This document shows, one piece after another, positions 11,493 to 22,205 of a stretch of DNA of 46,201 nucleotides. The number at the start of each line of letters is the position of its first letter. Position 1 is the stretch's first letter. This stretch comes from Parvularia atlantis (Eukaryota). Under the pieces are notes generated by a model. That model was not told where the DNA came from and made no database searches. It saw only the letters and a program-made list of their open reading frames with translations. The position numbers were made by a program, and so were the translations under genes. The stretch is from the NCBI GenBank assembly GCA_943704415.1, contig CALSCO010000546.1, forward strand, positions 1 through 46,201, written 5' to 3'.

Positions 11493-12846
11493 TCAGTGCG
11501 GCCGCGTGTCCTCCAGCTGCAGGTTGCGCAGGTTGCCCTTGCCGTCGACGTATGGGCTGCGGTCGAGCTCCTCGAGGAAGTACTCTTGCAGCGCGCGCTT
11601 GGCGGCCTGCGCACACGATCAGCGGACAAGCGAGCTTTGGCGAGAAAGCGCGCGCGCACCAGCGTCGTCGCCAGCTTGATCGACTGCGCCGAGGCTGCGA
11701 CGTGTCAGCCAGCCGCACGCTGCTCCGCGCGTGTGCGTGCGCACCTTCTGCCAGCATCTCGCTGCCCGAGAAGACGCCGATGCGGAACATCGGGTTGTGC
11801 GACTTGCGCCCGGTCTCGGCGAGGATGCTGTGCGTGCGCGCGAGCAGGGGTGAGCACGGGCCATCGCAACTGGGGCACGCGCACCGGCTCTCGGGCTTTG
11901 GCCGCCCCTGGCGTACCATCAGCGCCGTGAGCAGCCCCTTCGGGTTGGACATGGTCAGGGTTTTCTGCGCGCCGTGCCTGAGCGCCACCCGCGCGCGCGC
12001 TCGTGCACCCCACGCACCTGCAGGTCCACGTGCCGCGACAGGATGTGCTTGTCGACAAAGGTGAGCGCGCCGTCCATGCCCTGCTCGCGCGCGCGCGGTT
12101 GAGCGCACGGCTCACAAACGCAGAATGCCGATTGCGCACCCGGTCGTGGTAGTTGGCCGCGACGAGCGCCTGCACGCACGTCCCGAGCACCTTGTCCTCG
12201 CCGGCCTTGAGCGCGTTGCTGGCCTCGGCTGTCTCCTCGCTCGTCTCGTCGCGCTGCGTGACGCGCGATCGCGTGAGGCTGCCGCACGGCATCGCCGGCA
12301 TCGCCGGCATCGCATCGGGCGCGCACCGGCACGGCTGGCGTCCACCGCGCGACCTCGTGCAGCCCGACGGCGCGCGCCCAGTGCGCGAGCGACGGCAGGC
12401 CGGCGTACTCCTCCACGGCCGCCGCGAGCGCCTCGGTCGGGAGGCGCGGGTAGGAGACGTAGAGCGACTCGGTGACGCGCGTGCGCATGAGCGTGCTGCC
12501 TGCGTTGCGCGGGGCAGGTGAGGGGCGCCCGACCACGGCGCACGGCGCGGCGCGCACCAAACAGCGCGAGGCGGTCGTTGCACGGCAGCTGCGCGTGCCG
12601 GTACGAGCGGTGCGTGACGGCCTGGACGAACACGGCCGGGTCGGTGAAGGCGCAGTCGATGCGCGCCGCCACCACGGCCGCGCGCCGCTCGTACTCCTCG
12701 CGCTTGGCCGCTCTTGCCGACGCGGCGGCCGCTGCGTCTGCCGGCGTCGGTGCAGCTGCCGCGGTCTCCGCCGTCGCCGCCGCCGCGCGCCACGCCGGCG
12801 CCGAGAAGGACGAGAAGCGGCGCACGACCGCCGCCATGCGCGACAT
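11493..12846 (-). CDS. MRPL44: Mitochondrial ribosomal protein mL44 (RNase III-like plus dsRBD-like)
   Basis: Motifs QAVTHRSY...NDRLALFG, YPRLPTEAL, FVDKHILSR, NPKGLLTALMVRQGRPKPESRILAETGRKSHNPMFRIGVFSGSEMLAE. Presequence MSRMAAVVRRFSSFS. Confidence 0.88.
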
Positions 12847-12936
12847 CGACTTGGGAGCAACTCAGCAGTGCGCAGCATGGCCGAAGGCCACGTGGCGCGT
12901 GCATGGCTCACGCCGCTGCGCCGCCCAGAGCGGGAG
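12847..12936. promoter_or_regulatory. Very short divergent (bidirectional) promoter region, mL44 / POL5
   Basis: Head-to-head ATGs at 12846 (-) and 12937 (+); an in-frame alternative ATG lies at 12877. Confidence 0.6.
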
Positions 12937-13149
12937 ATGGCCGTGGGCGACCGGGCGGCGCGCAGCCGCAAGCGCGCGCGCGAGGAGCCCGAGCAGGAGG
13001 AGCAGGAGGAGCAGGAGGAGCAGGAGGAGACGCAGGAGGAGGAAGCCGGCGACGCCGATGAGGACGAGGAGGACGCCGACGACCACGACCACGAGGACGA
13101 CGACGACGAGAGCTCGGACGATAGCAGCGACGACGACGACGAAGACGAT

Positions 13150-13181
<32 letters not shown>

Positions 13182-16100
13182 CGACGACGACGGCGGCGAG
13201 AACGACGGCGAGGCACGCGGCGCCAGCGACGGCGAGCAGCAGGAGCAGCAGGAGCACCAGGGCGGCGCCGTCACGGCCTCATCCAGCGTCATCGTCACGT
13301 CGGGCATCCTGCCCATCTTCTGGGAGCTCGCTGCGCTCGACCAGAAGACACGTATGAAGGCAGCTGTCAAGCTGCTCGACATCCTCAAGGCGGCGCAGGA
13401 GACGCACAAGGCTGGCGTCGACGGCTGGGACGTGCTCGCCGCCGGACCGATCGACGACGAGGAGGCGTGCCTCAGGCTTTGCGCGGACGAAATCGCGTAC
13501 TCGCTCAAGCGTCTCGTGCGCGGCTTGCCGTCGTCGCGCCAGGGTGCGCGCCAGGGCTTCTCGCTCGCGCTGACGGAGGTGTGTATGTGTGAGTGCGCGC
13601 GCACCCGCGATGCCGCGTCGCTCACCGCTCTGCAGCTGCTGCACCAGCTCGGCTTCGTGCCGGCCAAGCTTGTGCTCGACTGGATTTACCTGTACAGCGA
13701 GATCTCGGGTGGTATGAAGGCGCAGGTGCATGCCGCTTGTGTCTCCGCGCTCGCGCACCGGACTGACGCGTCGTGCGCGCGCAGGAGGAGCGCGACATGC
13801 TCTTTGGCCGTCTCTTTGGCGTCATGGCGCTCGAGCGCAGCGGCGCCATGCGCCAGCCGAGCACGGACCGCGAGACGTTCTGGCGTGCGATCGAGACCGT
13901 GCTCGACGTGGCCATGTCCAAGTCGTACCTGCTCGAGATGGGCTCGGAGGCCGTGAGCGCGCTCCTGCCCTCGCTCAAGGCGCACGAGGACTACGCCGAT
14001 GACGTCCTCGCGGACCTGTTTGCGTGGTACAGCGACAAGGCGGACACGTGCCACAAGATCTCGGTCATGTTGGCCGTGCAGGACGTGTTTCCGGTGCGTG
14101 GCGCACCGGTGCCACGTCTGCGTCGGCTCACGCGCGCTGACACATCACACGCGTGCAGAGCGTCGATATCACGCCGGCCATGCCGCAGTGGGGCTCGTCG
14201 CGCATCCTCAACGTCCAGTCGCTGCCGCAGCTGGCCATGGTCCTGCGAGAGTCGACCTCGAGCAACCCGCGCGTGCACGTCGTCTGGCGCCGCATCTTCA
14301 AAATCTTCCAGGCGCGGATCGCGGCCGAGGGCGGCGCCATTGCCGCTACGCCTGCCGCCGAGCCCAAGAAGACGAAGAAGAACAAGAAGCTTAAGACCGA
14401 GTTGCGCGATGACGAGGCCGCGGCCGACGCCGACAGCAACGTCGTCGTGCCGTGGGACACGTTCTGGCGCACGGTCGTGGACGGTGTGGCGGCGGTTGCC
14501 GCTTGCGTGTGCTGTGCGCTCACACGGCCTGCCGCAGAGACGCTGTTTGCATCGACGCCGGACCGCAAGTACCTCGGGCTATGCCTGGTGCAGCTGTTTG
14601 GGTCGAGCGTGGCGGCGGAGCAGGTGCCCTTCATCGTCACCAAGCGCTTCATGGACATCCTGATCAACAACCTGCACAAGCAGGACCGCAGCCTGACCAC
14701 AGTGGCGCACCGCGCGGTGCGTCCATCCGTCTGCGTCTTGACTTGCGGGTGCGTTGACGGCGCGTGGCAGCTCGAGACGATCATGGCCCGCGCGCAGACG
14801 AGCCCGACGCTGGCAGTGCACCTGCTGGGCCTGTTCACCGGCCCGGACAGCGTGCCGCACTTTGACCACTTCACGCGCACAAAAACGGTTGAGAAGCTGA
14901 TCGGCTACATGGACCGCGACAGGTGAGCGTTGCGCAAGGGCATAGCCGCGGGCTGACCGCCGCCGCCAGCTTCCTTGCGCACTTCCGCATGCTGCGCGAC
15001 GTCGTCTTGGGCGAGGACTCGGTCCGCTCGCGCAAGCACGCCCCGAACGCGAACGCCGACGGCGATGAGGGGGCGGCGCCGCCGGCGCACGAGGAGGATG
15101 AGACGCTCGATGCCGACGGCAACCCGACCAAGCTGTCGTACGCGGACCGCAAGCGCCAGTGGGCCATCGACTCGATCTTGGCCCTCGTGCGCAACCCGTT
15201 CGTCAAGCGCGACCCCGCCTGGATCCGGCCGGTCTTTGCCTTCCTGATCCGCCACGGGCACTTCCGGCGCAAGGTGTGCAAGACGCGCATGTGCCTGCCA
15301 CTGAGCGCTACTCAACACCCGGGGCTCGCCAGGAGGGCGTGTCGGACAAGAAGATCACGAGCGCGACCGTCAAGCACAACGTGGACGAGGCCGTGGCCGC
15401 AGAGGCACGCCGCCCGATGGCGACACAATCCGTGCAGTCGCTGACGTGTGCGCAACGCTACAGCTGCTGTCCGAGCCTGCGCAGCCGCTGTCAACGGGCG
15501 TGCGCGACCTGCTGCACCAGCGCGCGATCTCGGCCATCAAAGAGCTTTGGACTGAGCGCAAGAAGCGTAAGGTCCGCGAGCCCAGGCCGCGCAAGGGCGC
15601 GCTTAAGCCGTACATGCTCATCGACGGCGAGTCGGGCGGCGAGGAGCACACGGGCATGGAGCGTGATCCGGGCGACAGCGGGCGCGACGACGCCGAGGGC
15701 GACGACGACCACGACGACCACGACGACGACGAGCATGAGTACGACGAGGACGAGCATGACGCGCACGACCACGGCGAGGGCGAGCATGGCGACAGCGACA
15801 GCGCCAACGGCAAGGCACAGAAGCAGCAGCCGACGTACAACGAAGTCAGTGCAGGTGCGACTCGGCTGACCCGTGTGCTGCGCCGTGCCTGGTTGACTGA
15901 CGCGCACACCCGCAGACTTTGACGAGCGCGTGCAGTGGATCGCGCTCGCGGTCGACGTGACGCACACGATCGAGCGGTCCAAGACGATGACGCTTGTCTA
16001 CGGCGGCAAGGACGAGGACTTGGACGTGCGCAAGCGGCTGCACGCCGGCGTCACGCAGCTGGAGGAGCTGGTGTGCGGCGCGTACGCCACCTCTGCCCTT

Positions 16101-19100
16101 GCAGCTCACGCCCGCGCGCGCGCACGCAGATGAAGGACACTGAGCTGACCACGCACAAGCGCTCGCAGATCCGCGCGTTCCGCCTGCTCATGCTCGTGTT
16201 CTACATCGAGACGATCTCGAACGACCCGTCGGCGCCGGCGACGGCCGAGGCACGTCGGCGCCCGTGCGCTGTGCGCGGTGATGATTTTCCTGACGAGCGC
16301 GATGCCATCGCAGGACATCCTCGTGTGCTGCTCGAAGCTCGTGCTCGGCGAGGCGGCTGAGGCCCACGAAGGTGCGCTTGCCCCTCACTCGCGGTAGGGG
16401 CTGACGTGTGCTGTCTCGCAGGGACCGGCAAGAGGCAGCCCGAGCCGATCACCGTGCTCATCGACGTGCTACTTTCGATGCTGGCGCAGCACTCGAACGT
16501 CCTGCGCAAGGTCGCCGACACGGTTTTCCGCGTGTTCAACAGCGAGCTCACGTCGGCGTCGCTGCATCTGCTGCTCGACGTGCGCCTTCCGACCGTGCGG
16601 TGCATTGTACTCACGACTCACGTGCTCGTGCAGGTCATGAAGACGGGCTCGACCGAGATCGACGCGAAGAAGCTCATGAGCGTCAAGCCGGGCGAGGAGG
16701 GTGAGGAGGACGACGAGGAGGCTGACGAGGAGGGCGACGAGGCGATGGACGTCGATGGCGAGGGCGACGAGAACGAAGAGGACGAGGACGCCGCGGCCGA
16801 CGCCAACGGTACCGAGGAGGAGGAAGGTGAGGCCGCCGAGGAGGAGGAGGAAGAGGAGGAGGACGACGACGAAATCGAGGACTCGGACGTGGAGTACGAC
16901 GGCAACGACCAGGAGGTCGACGAGGAGTTCCGGCAAAAGGTGCAGCAGGTGCTTGAGCGCCAGGGCATGGCCGGTGCGTCTTCTGCGCTTCCATGCACGC
17001 AGGTGCTCACATTGCGCGCGCGCGCGCGCGCAGCACCCGCCGATGGCGAGGAGGGCGAGGACGGCGGCGAGGGTGCCGAGGCCGACGGCGCCGAGGAGAA
17101 GGCGGACGAGGAGGCCGAGGGCGAGGGCGAGGGCGAGGAGGTCGACGACCTGGCTATGCTCTCGGTGGACGAGCAACTCGCCGTGCTGTTCAAGCAGCGC
17201 AAGCTGCAGAAGCGGCTCAAGGCCGGTGCGTGCGCGCGCTGTCGGAGCAGTGTGCGCGACCGGCTCACCGCGTGCGCGCAGAGGCGCAGCGGCGCGTGTA
17301 CTACATGAAGTTTAAGGTCCTCGACCTGCTCGACACGCTCACCAAGCGTGCGCAAATCACCGGCCTGACGCTGCAGATCCTCAAGCCGCTCGTGGTCGCG
17401 TTCTGCAAGTGCACAACGACCAAGCAGGACCGGACAGTGTGCCGCTCCCAGCACGGCCGCCACGTGTGCTGACACGTGTGCGCGGCGCCGGACAGCTCAT
17501 GCGCCGGATCACCGCGTTCCTCAAGCGGTACTCACACTTGCGCGTCATGTGCACCTTGGCCGAGATTGGGTACACCAAGGTCAAGACGATCTTTGACGAG
17601 CTCCACCGCATCCTGCTCAAGCAGCGCGCCAAAGCCGGGGTGCGTGGCATGGGCGGCCGCTGGGATTGCGCGCCTGACGACGCGTGCGGCAGGCTGAGGT
17701 CGTCAGCCTCGCCCTTGCCCCGGTCATCCGCGTCATGCTCGGGCGGCGGAAGGCGCGCGATGTCAACCTGCTCAAGGATGCGCCGGCCGAGGACGAGGCG
17801 GACAAGCTCGAGGCCGGGGACGAGGTCAAGGAGGAGCTGATCGACGCCGCCGCCGAGGACGGCGAGAAGCACGACGAGAAGGACGACGGGGTGACTCCGC
17901 CCAGCGAGGTGCTGCTCGCAATCGCGTGTGCGCGCATGCTCTGATGCTCACGACGGCCGTGTGCGCAGCCCAAGCTCACGGACTACGTGCAGATGACGTA
18001 CAACGCGGACCTGACGCACTTCATGACGGACAAGCACAACAACACCGAGCCGGCCGTCTTTGAGGACTACATCACGTGCGCTGCGCTTGCCCTGGCGCGA
18101 CCGGCCGGCTCACACGCGCGGGAACAGACGCTTTGGCGCGTGGGCTCGGCAGTTTGTGCCGATCTTGTGCGATGCGTTCATCGGCGGGATCGTGCGGCCG
18201 TTCCAGATCACGATCGCAACGCAGCTCTTGACCAAGATCATGTCGCTGCAGCAGGTGCGTGTCCAACGCGCTTGTGGTATGCGCTGACGCCGCGGTCGCC
18301 GCAGAACTACGAGATTGAGGTGCTGCACTCGATGAGCGTGTTCATCAAGACCCTGCCGCTCGAGAAGGGCGCGCGGCGCCGGTTCAAGGTGCGCGCGCAG
18401 CACCTCAAGGAGATCCTGGCCGTGTCGGGCTCGGCGCTGCGACGCCTCAGCGTCAAGCCAAAGAGCAAGGAGGTGCGCCAGCGTGACGCGGACGCTTCGG
18501 GGGCCCGCATGTGCTCACGTTCGGCCGGCCGGCAGTCGCTCACGGTACAGCACGAGTTCCTCGGGGCGCTGCGGCACCTTGAGCAGCACCGCCTATTCCT
18601 CAAGGCACACTCGGTCCGCAGCCAGGGCGTACAGTACATCCGCATGCTGGGCGAGGCGCCGAGGTGCGTCAGACGCTGGCGCTCTTGGTCACGATCGCTC
18701 ACGAGCGCGCCACCAGGGCCACGCACGAGCTCGAGCGCCTAGCAGAGGAGCGCCTGCAGGCGTGGCGCGCTCAGGCCGCCGCCGAGGGCCGCCAGATCAC
18801 CGCCGCGGACGAGGAGAGCAGCGACGACGACGACGACGAGGAAGAGGAGGGCAAGCCGGCCAAGCCGAAGGACGGGGACGCCGACAACGACCCCGACGGC
18901 ATCCCCGCGATGAAGCCGGCCAAGCGGCGGCGCGGCATCAAGGGCCCCTCACCCAAGAAGCGCAAGACGGTGGCGCCGGGCGACGAGTCTGGCGGGCCGC
19001 AGAAGAAGACGAAGGAGCAGCGCAAGCACCAGGCGCGCTTCCTCAAGCGCCAAAAGAAGGAACGCAAGCAATCGGTCACCAAGGAGGAGAAGAAGCTGCG

Positions 19101-19158
19101 CCGCCTCGAAAAGCTCAAGCAGAAGGTGACCAAGACGCGGGCCGTGCTCGGCGTGTGA
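12937..19158 (+). CDS. POL5: POL5 / MYBBP1A family nucleolar ARM-repeat protein (60S biogenesis)
   Basis: Motifs ILPIFWELAALDQKTRMKAAVKLL, YSLKRLVRGLPSSRQGARQGFSLALTE, EERDMLFGRLFG, FDHFTRTKTVEKL, EPITVLIDVLLSMLAQHSNVLRKVADTVF, YYMKFKVLDLL. It has acidic tracts and a basic C-terminus. Confidence 0.92.
12991..13192 (+). repeat. Coding GAG/GAC trinucleotide-rich tract (poly-Glu/Asp)
   Basis: (GAGCAGGAG)n and long (GAC)n runs encode the acidic N-terminus of POL5. Confidence 0.85.
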
Positions 19159-19288
19159 TGCGGTGCTGCTACTGTGTTTGCTTTCGGCACGAAAAGATTG
19201 ATCATCCGCCCGTCACGACCGAGGGCGGCAGAGCACACACAGAGAGCGCTTTTCGGGATGGGGAAGGAGGGGCGGGCGCACAATAGCA

Positions 19289-20731
19289 TCACCGCCTCTT
19301 GCCCTGCTGCGCTTTCCGCTGGCGCGCAAACTTGCCCGGCCGCTTGCCCTTTGGTGGTCCGCGCTTCTTGCCGGCCATCCCTGCGCTGCTGCCGCCGCCA
19401 CTGCCACCACCACCGCCGCCACTGTCGCCGCCCGCGCCCGGTCGCCCGTGCTGCTTCTTTCCCGCAAAGCCAAACTCCTTCTTTTTGCCACCGTTGGCCG
19501 CTGGCGCGCCCCCGCTCTTGAACGGCCTGTGAGCGCGCGCGCGCGCGGTAAGCGACGCAATATGCGCATGCTAGGCCGAACGCACTTGAACGGCTTGCGG
19601 CCGCCCTTGCTTTTGGGCGACTTGCCACCCGCGCCGGCCGACGGAGCGGGGCTGGGCGGCTCCGAGTCCTCGACGTTGATCTCAAAGTCGTCATCCTCCA
19701 GCGCCTTGTCGACGTTGGCTCGCCCTGCGTCGCCCGAGCGACATCAGGCGCGCTTCTTGCAAGCAGGTGGCTGCTGCGTGCCTTTGCGGACCATCTTGAG
19801 CTTCTCGAGCTGCTTTGACTTTTGCTTGGCGCGCTCCTGCTGCTTCTCGGCCTGGACCTGCTTGCCGTACTTGCGCATGGCGCGCTGCTTGGCGACCTCC
19901 TCGCTGCGCTTGATCTGCTGCGCCTCGTCGGCGATGCGTTGTCTGACCTGCGCGCACGGAGCCGTGAGGGCGGCGGCGCACGCGTTGTGGTAGGCACGAG
20001 CACACCTTCTGCATGTGCGCGTCCGTCTTGAGCATCTCGGCAAAGTAGTCGTCGGGCCGGTCGAATTTGACGCCCGTCTCGAGCACGCGCCGCTTGCCGA
20101 CGACGGCGGCCTCGAGCGCCTGCTTGTAGCTGCGCGTCGGCGCGGCGTGTCAGCGGCCACGCGTGCACGAGCGCAGCACGCACAAGGCGAGCTCGCGCTG
20201 AAAGTCGTCGTCGACGTTTGGCACAACGGTCGGCGCGGGCGCGACGATCTCGAGCGTCTCGATCCACGGGATGCTCCCGTCGGCGCCGCGCAGCTCGGCC
20301 ACGTGCTGCAGCAGCAGCTCCTGTTTCGCGCGGCCGGTGAGCGCGGTACACCGGCGCGGGCACGTGAACGGACCGGGTGGTTCTGCCCGCGCTGCCGCGG
20401 CTGCGCGCCCGTCACGTTGAGCTCGCCGTCCTGTGCGCGCGCGCACGCGTGTCAGACCCTGCTGCGCGGCCGTGCCGTGTGCGCTGTGCACCTCGTCGTC
20501 GTCGTCGTCGTCGTCGCCGACCACATCGACTTCGCCGTCGTCGGCTGCGTCCTCGTCGTCGTCGTCGTCGTCGTCCTCGTCCTCGTGCTTGACGCGCGTC
20601 GGCCGGTGCGCACGGGCCACGTCGACCGCGTCCACCTCGTCCTCGCCCACGTCGACCTCGTCCTCGTCCTCGTCCTCGTCCTCGCGCCGCCGCCGCCGCT
20701 TGCCCGCGGCCATGCGGTACGCCGCCGCCAT
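19289..20731 (-). CDS. EBP2: rRNA-processing protein EBP2 (EBNA1BP2)
   Basis: Motifs PWIETL, DDDFQRELAFYKQAL, FDRPDDYFAEMLKTDAHMQKVRQR, RKYGKQVQ, KKEFGFAGKK, KRPGK. Alternative ATG at 20713. Confidence 0.95.
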
Positions 20732-20800
20732 GCTGGCCACGTGGCGGATGTGGCGCGCGCGGCAACGCCGTCATCGCTGATCGGGCCAACCGCCGCGCGC

Positions 20801-20813
20801 GTTGCCAGGAGAC
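20801..20813. promoter_or_regulatory. RFX X-box-like element
   Basis: GTTGCCAGGAGAC (reverse complement GTCTCCTGGCAAC) lies in the EBP2/Ras divergent region. Sequence match only. Confidence 0.3.
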
Positions 20814-21146
20814 TTTCGGAAGAAAACCGTCTCGCCTCTCGCGGGGCCGGCGCGGCGTCGGTTGCGGCGGGCGCGCGGGCGGGCGGGCGGCGGGGGGGCC
20901 GACGGCGGGCTGCCCAAGGGACGCGCGCGTGCGTGGGCCGCGCGGCGACGCGGCTTGGCGGGAGGCGGGTCGCGGACGTGGCGCACCGGGATCACTTTGT
21001 GGGTTCGCGCAAACAAACAGCGAGGGGGCTCGTGCGCGCCGCGACAGGGACGTGACGGGCGCTGACCGCGGTCGGCGCGCACGCCGCATGCAGCACACGC
21101 GCGCGCCTGCCGCCACCGCCCCCGTCCGCAGCGCGACACGCCCGGC

Positions 21147-21984
21147 ATGCCGAAGAACGTCGTGACGGAGGAGTTCACGCTGGTGCGCTGCCCAGCACGC
21201 GCACGCGCTGCACGCGGACTCACGGCGGGCTCGCGGCGGCAGGTCGTCGTGGGCTCCGGCGGTGTGGGCAAGTCGTGCCTCACGGTCAAGTTCCTCAAGG
21301 ACGAGTTCCTGACCGAGTACGACCCGACGATCGGTGCGGCACGTGCGCGCGCCGGTGCACTCGCCCGCCACCTGACGCGTGCGCCGCGCCGCCGCAGAGG
21401 AGAACTACCGCAAGAAGATCGTGCAGGAGGGCCGCGAGACGACGGTCGACATCATCGACACGGCCGGCCAGGTGCGCGCGCGCACGCGCTGGAGCGAGCC
21501 GTGCGGCTGACGCACGACGACGCCGAGCAGCAAGAGTACTCGAGCTTACGCGACAGCCACCTGCGCCACGGCCAGGGCTTCCTGCTGTGCTTCGCTATCG
21601 ACAACGACACGTCGTTCAACGAGCTTAAGGAGCTGTACCAGGTCATCCTCCGGCTCAAGGACAACAGCGCCAAGACGCCCTTTGTCGTCGTCGGGTGCAA
21701 GAAGGACCTCGAGGCATCAGAGCGGAAAGTGCAGACGCAGGAGGCCAAGGCCTGGGCCGACTCGATCAAGGCGCCCTACCTCGAGACGTCGGCCAAGGTG
21801 CGCTGCTCGTACTGCTCGCTGCGTGCCGCTCTTACGGCCGATGGACGCTGCGCAGACCGGCTTCAACGTCGAGGACGCGTTCAACTCGCTCGTGACCGAG
21901 ATCCGCAAGGTCTCGCCGAACAAGGCCGCCGCCGGGGGCGCGGGCGCAAAAGGCAAGAAGAGCGGCGGCTGCATCCTGCTTTGA
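21147..21984 (+). CDS. Ras-family small GTPase with CAAX (CILL)
   Basis: Motifs GSGGVGKS, YDPTIEENYRK, DTAGQ, GCKKD, ETSAK, and polybasic KGKK plus CILL-stop. 4 introns. Confidence 0.95.
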
Positions 21985-22205
21985 CCCGTTGCGCGGCTCA
22001 TTTATCGTCACCACACGGCGTGCGCGCACGCACGGCCAACGTCCGTCTCCTTCCCCCTTCGCCACCCCTCCTTTCCGTGTTACTTCTTCCTTCTAAGCTC
22101 GTGTAGCCCTGTTTTGCAGCCGTCTCACTCGGAGCGCACTGAACCTGACGCGGCGGCCAGCGGTGGAAACTAGCTATGCAAACAAACAAGGTGATCGATC
22201 GTTTG

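Noticed and set aside
16690..16900. GAG/GAC trinucleotide runs (also near 20495-20680, 36720-36800, 43735-43775)
   Set aside because: They are ordinary acidic low-complexity coding tracts of nucleolar or nuclear proteins.
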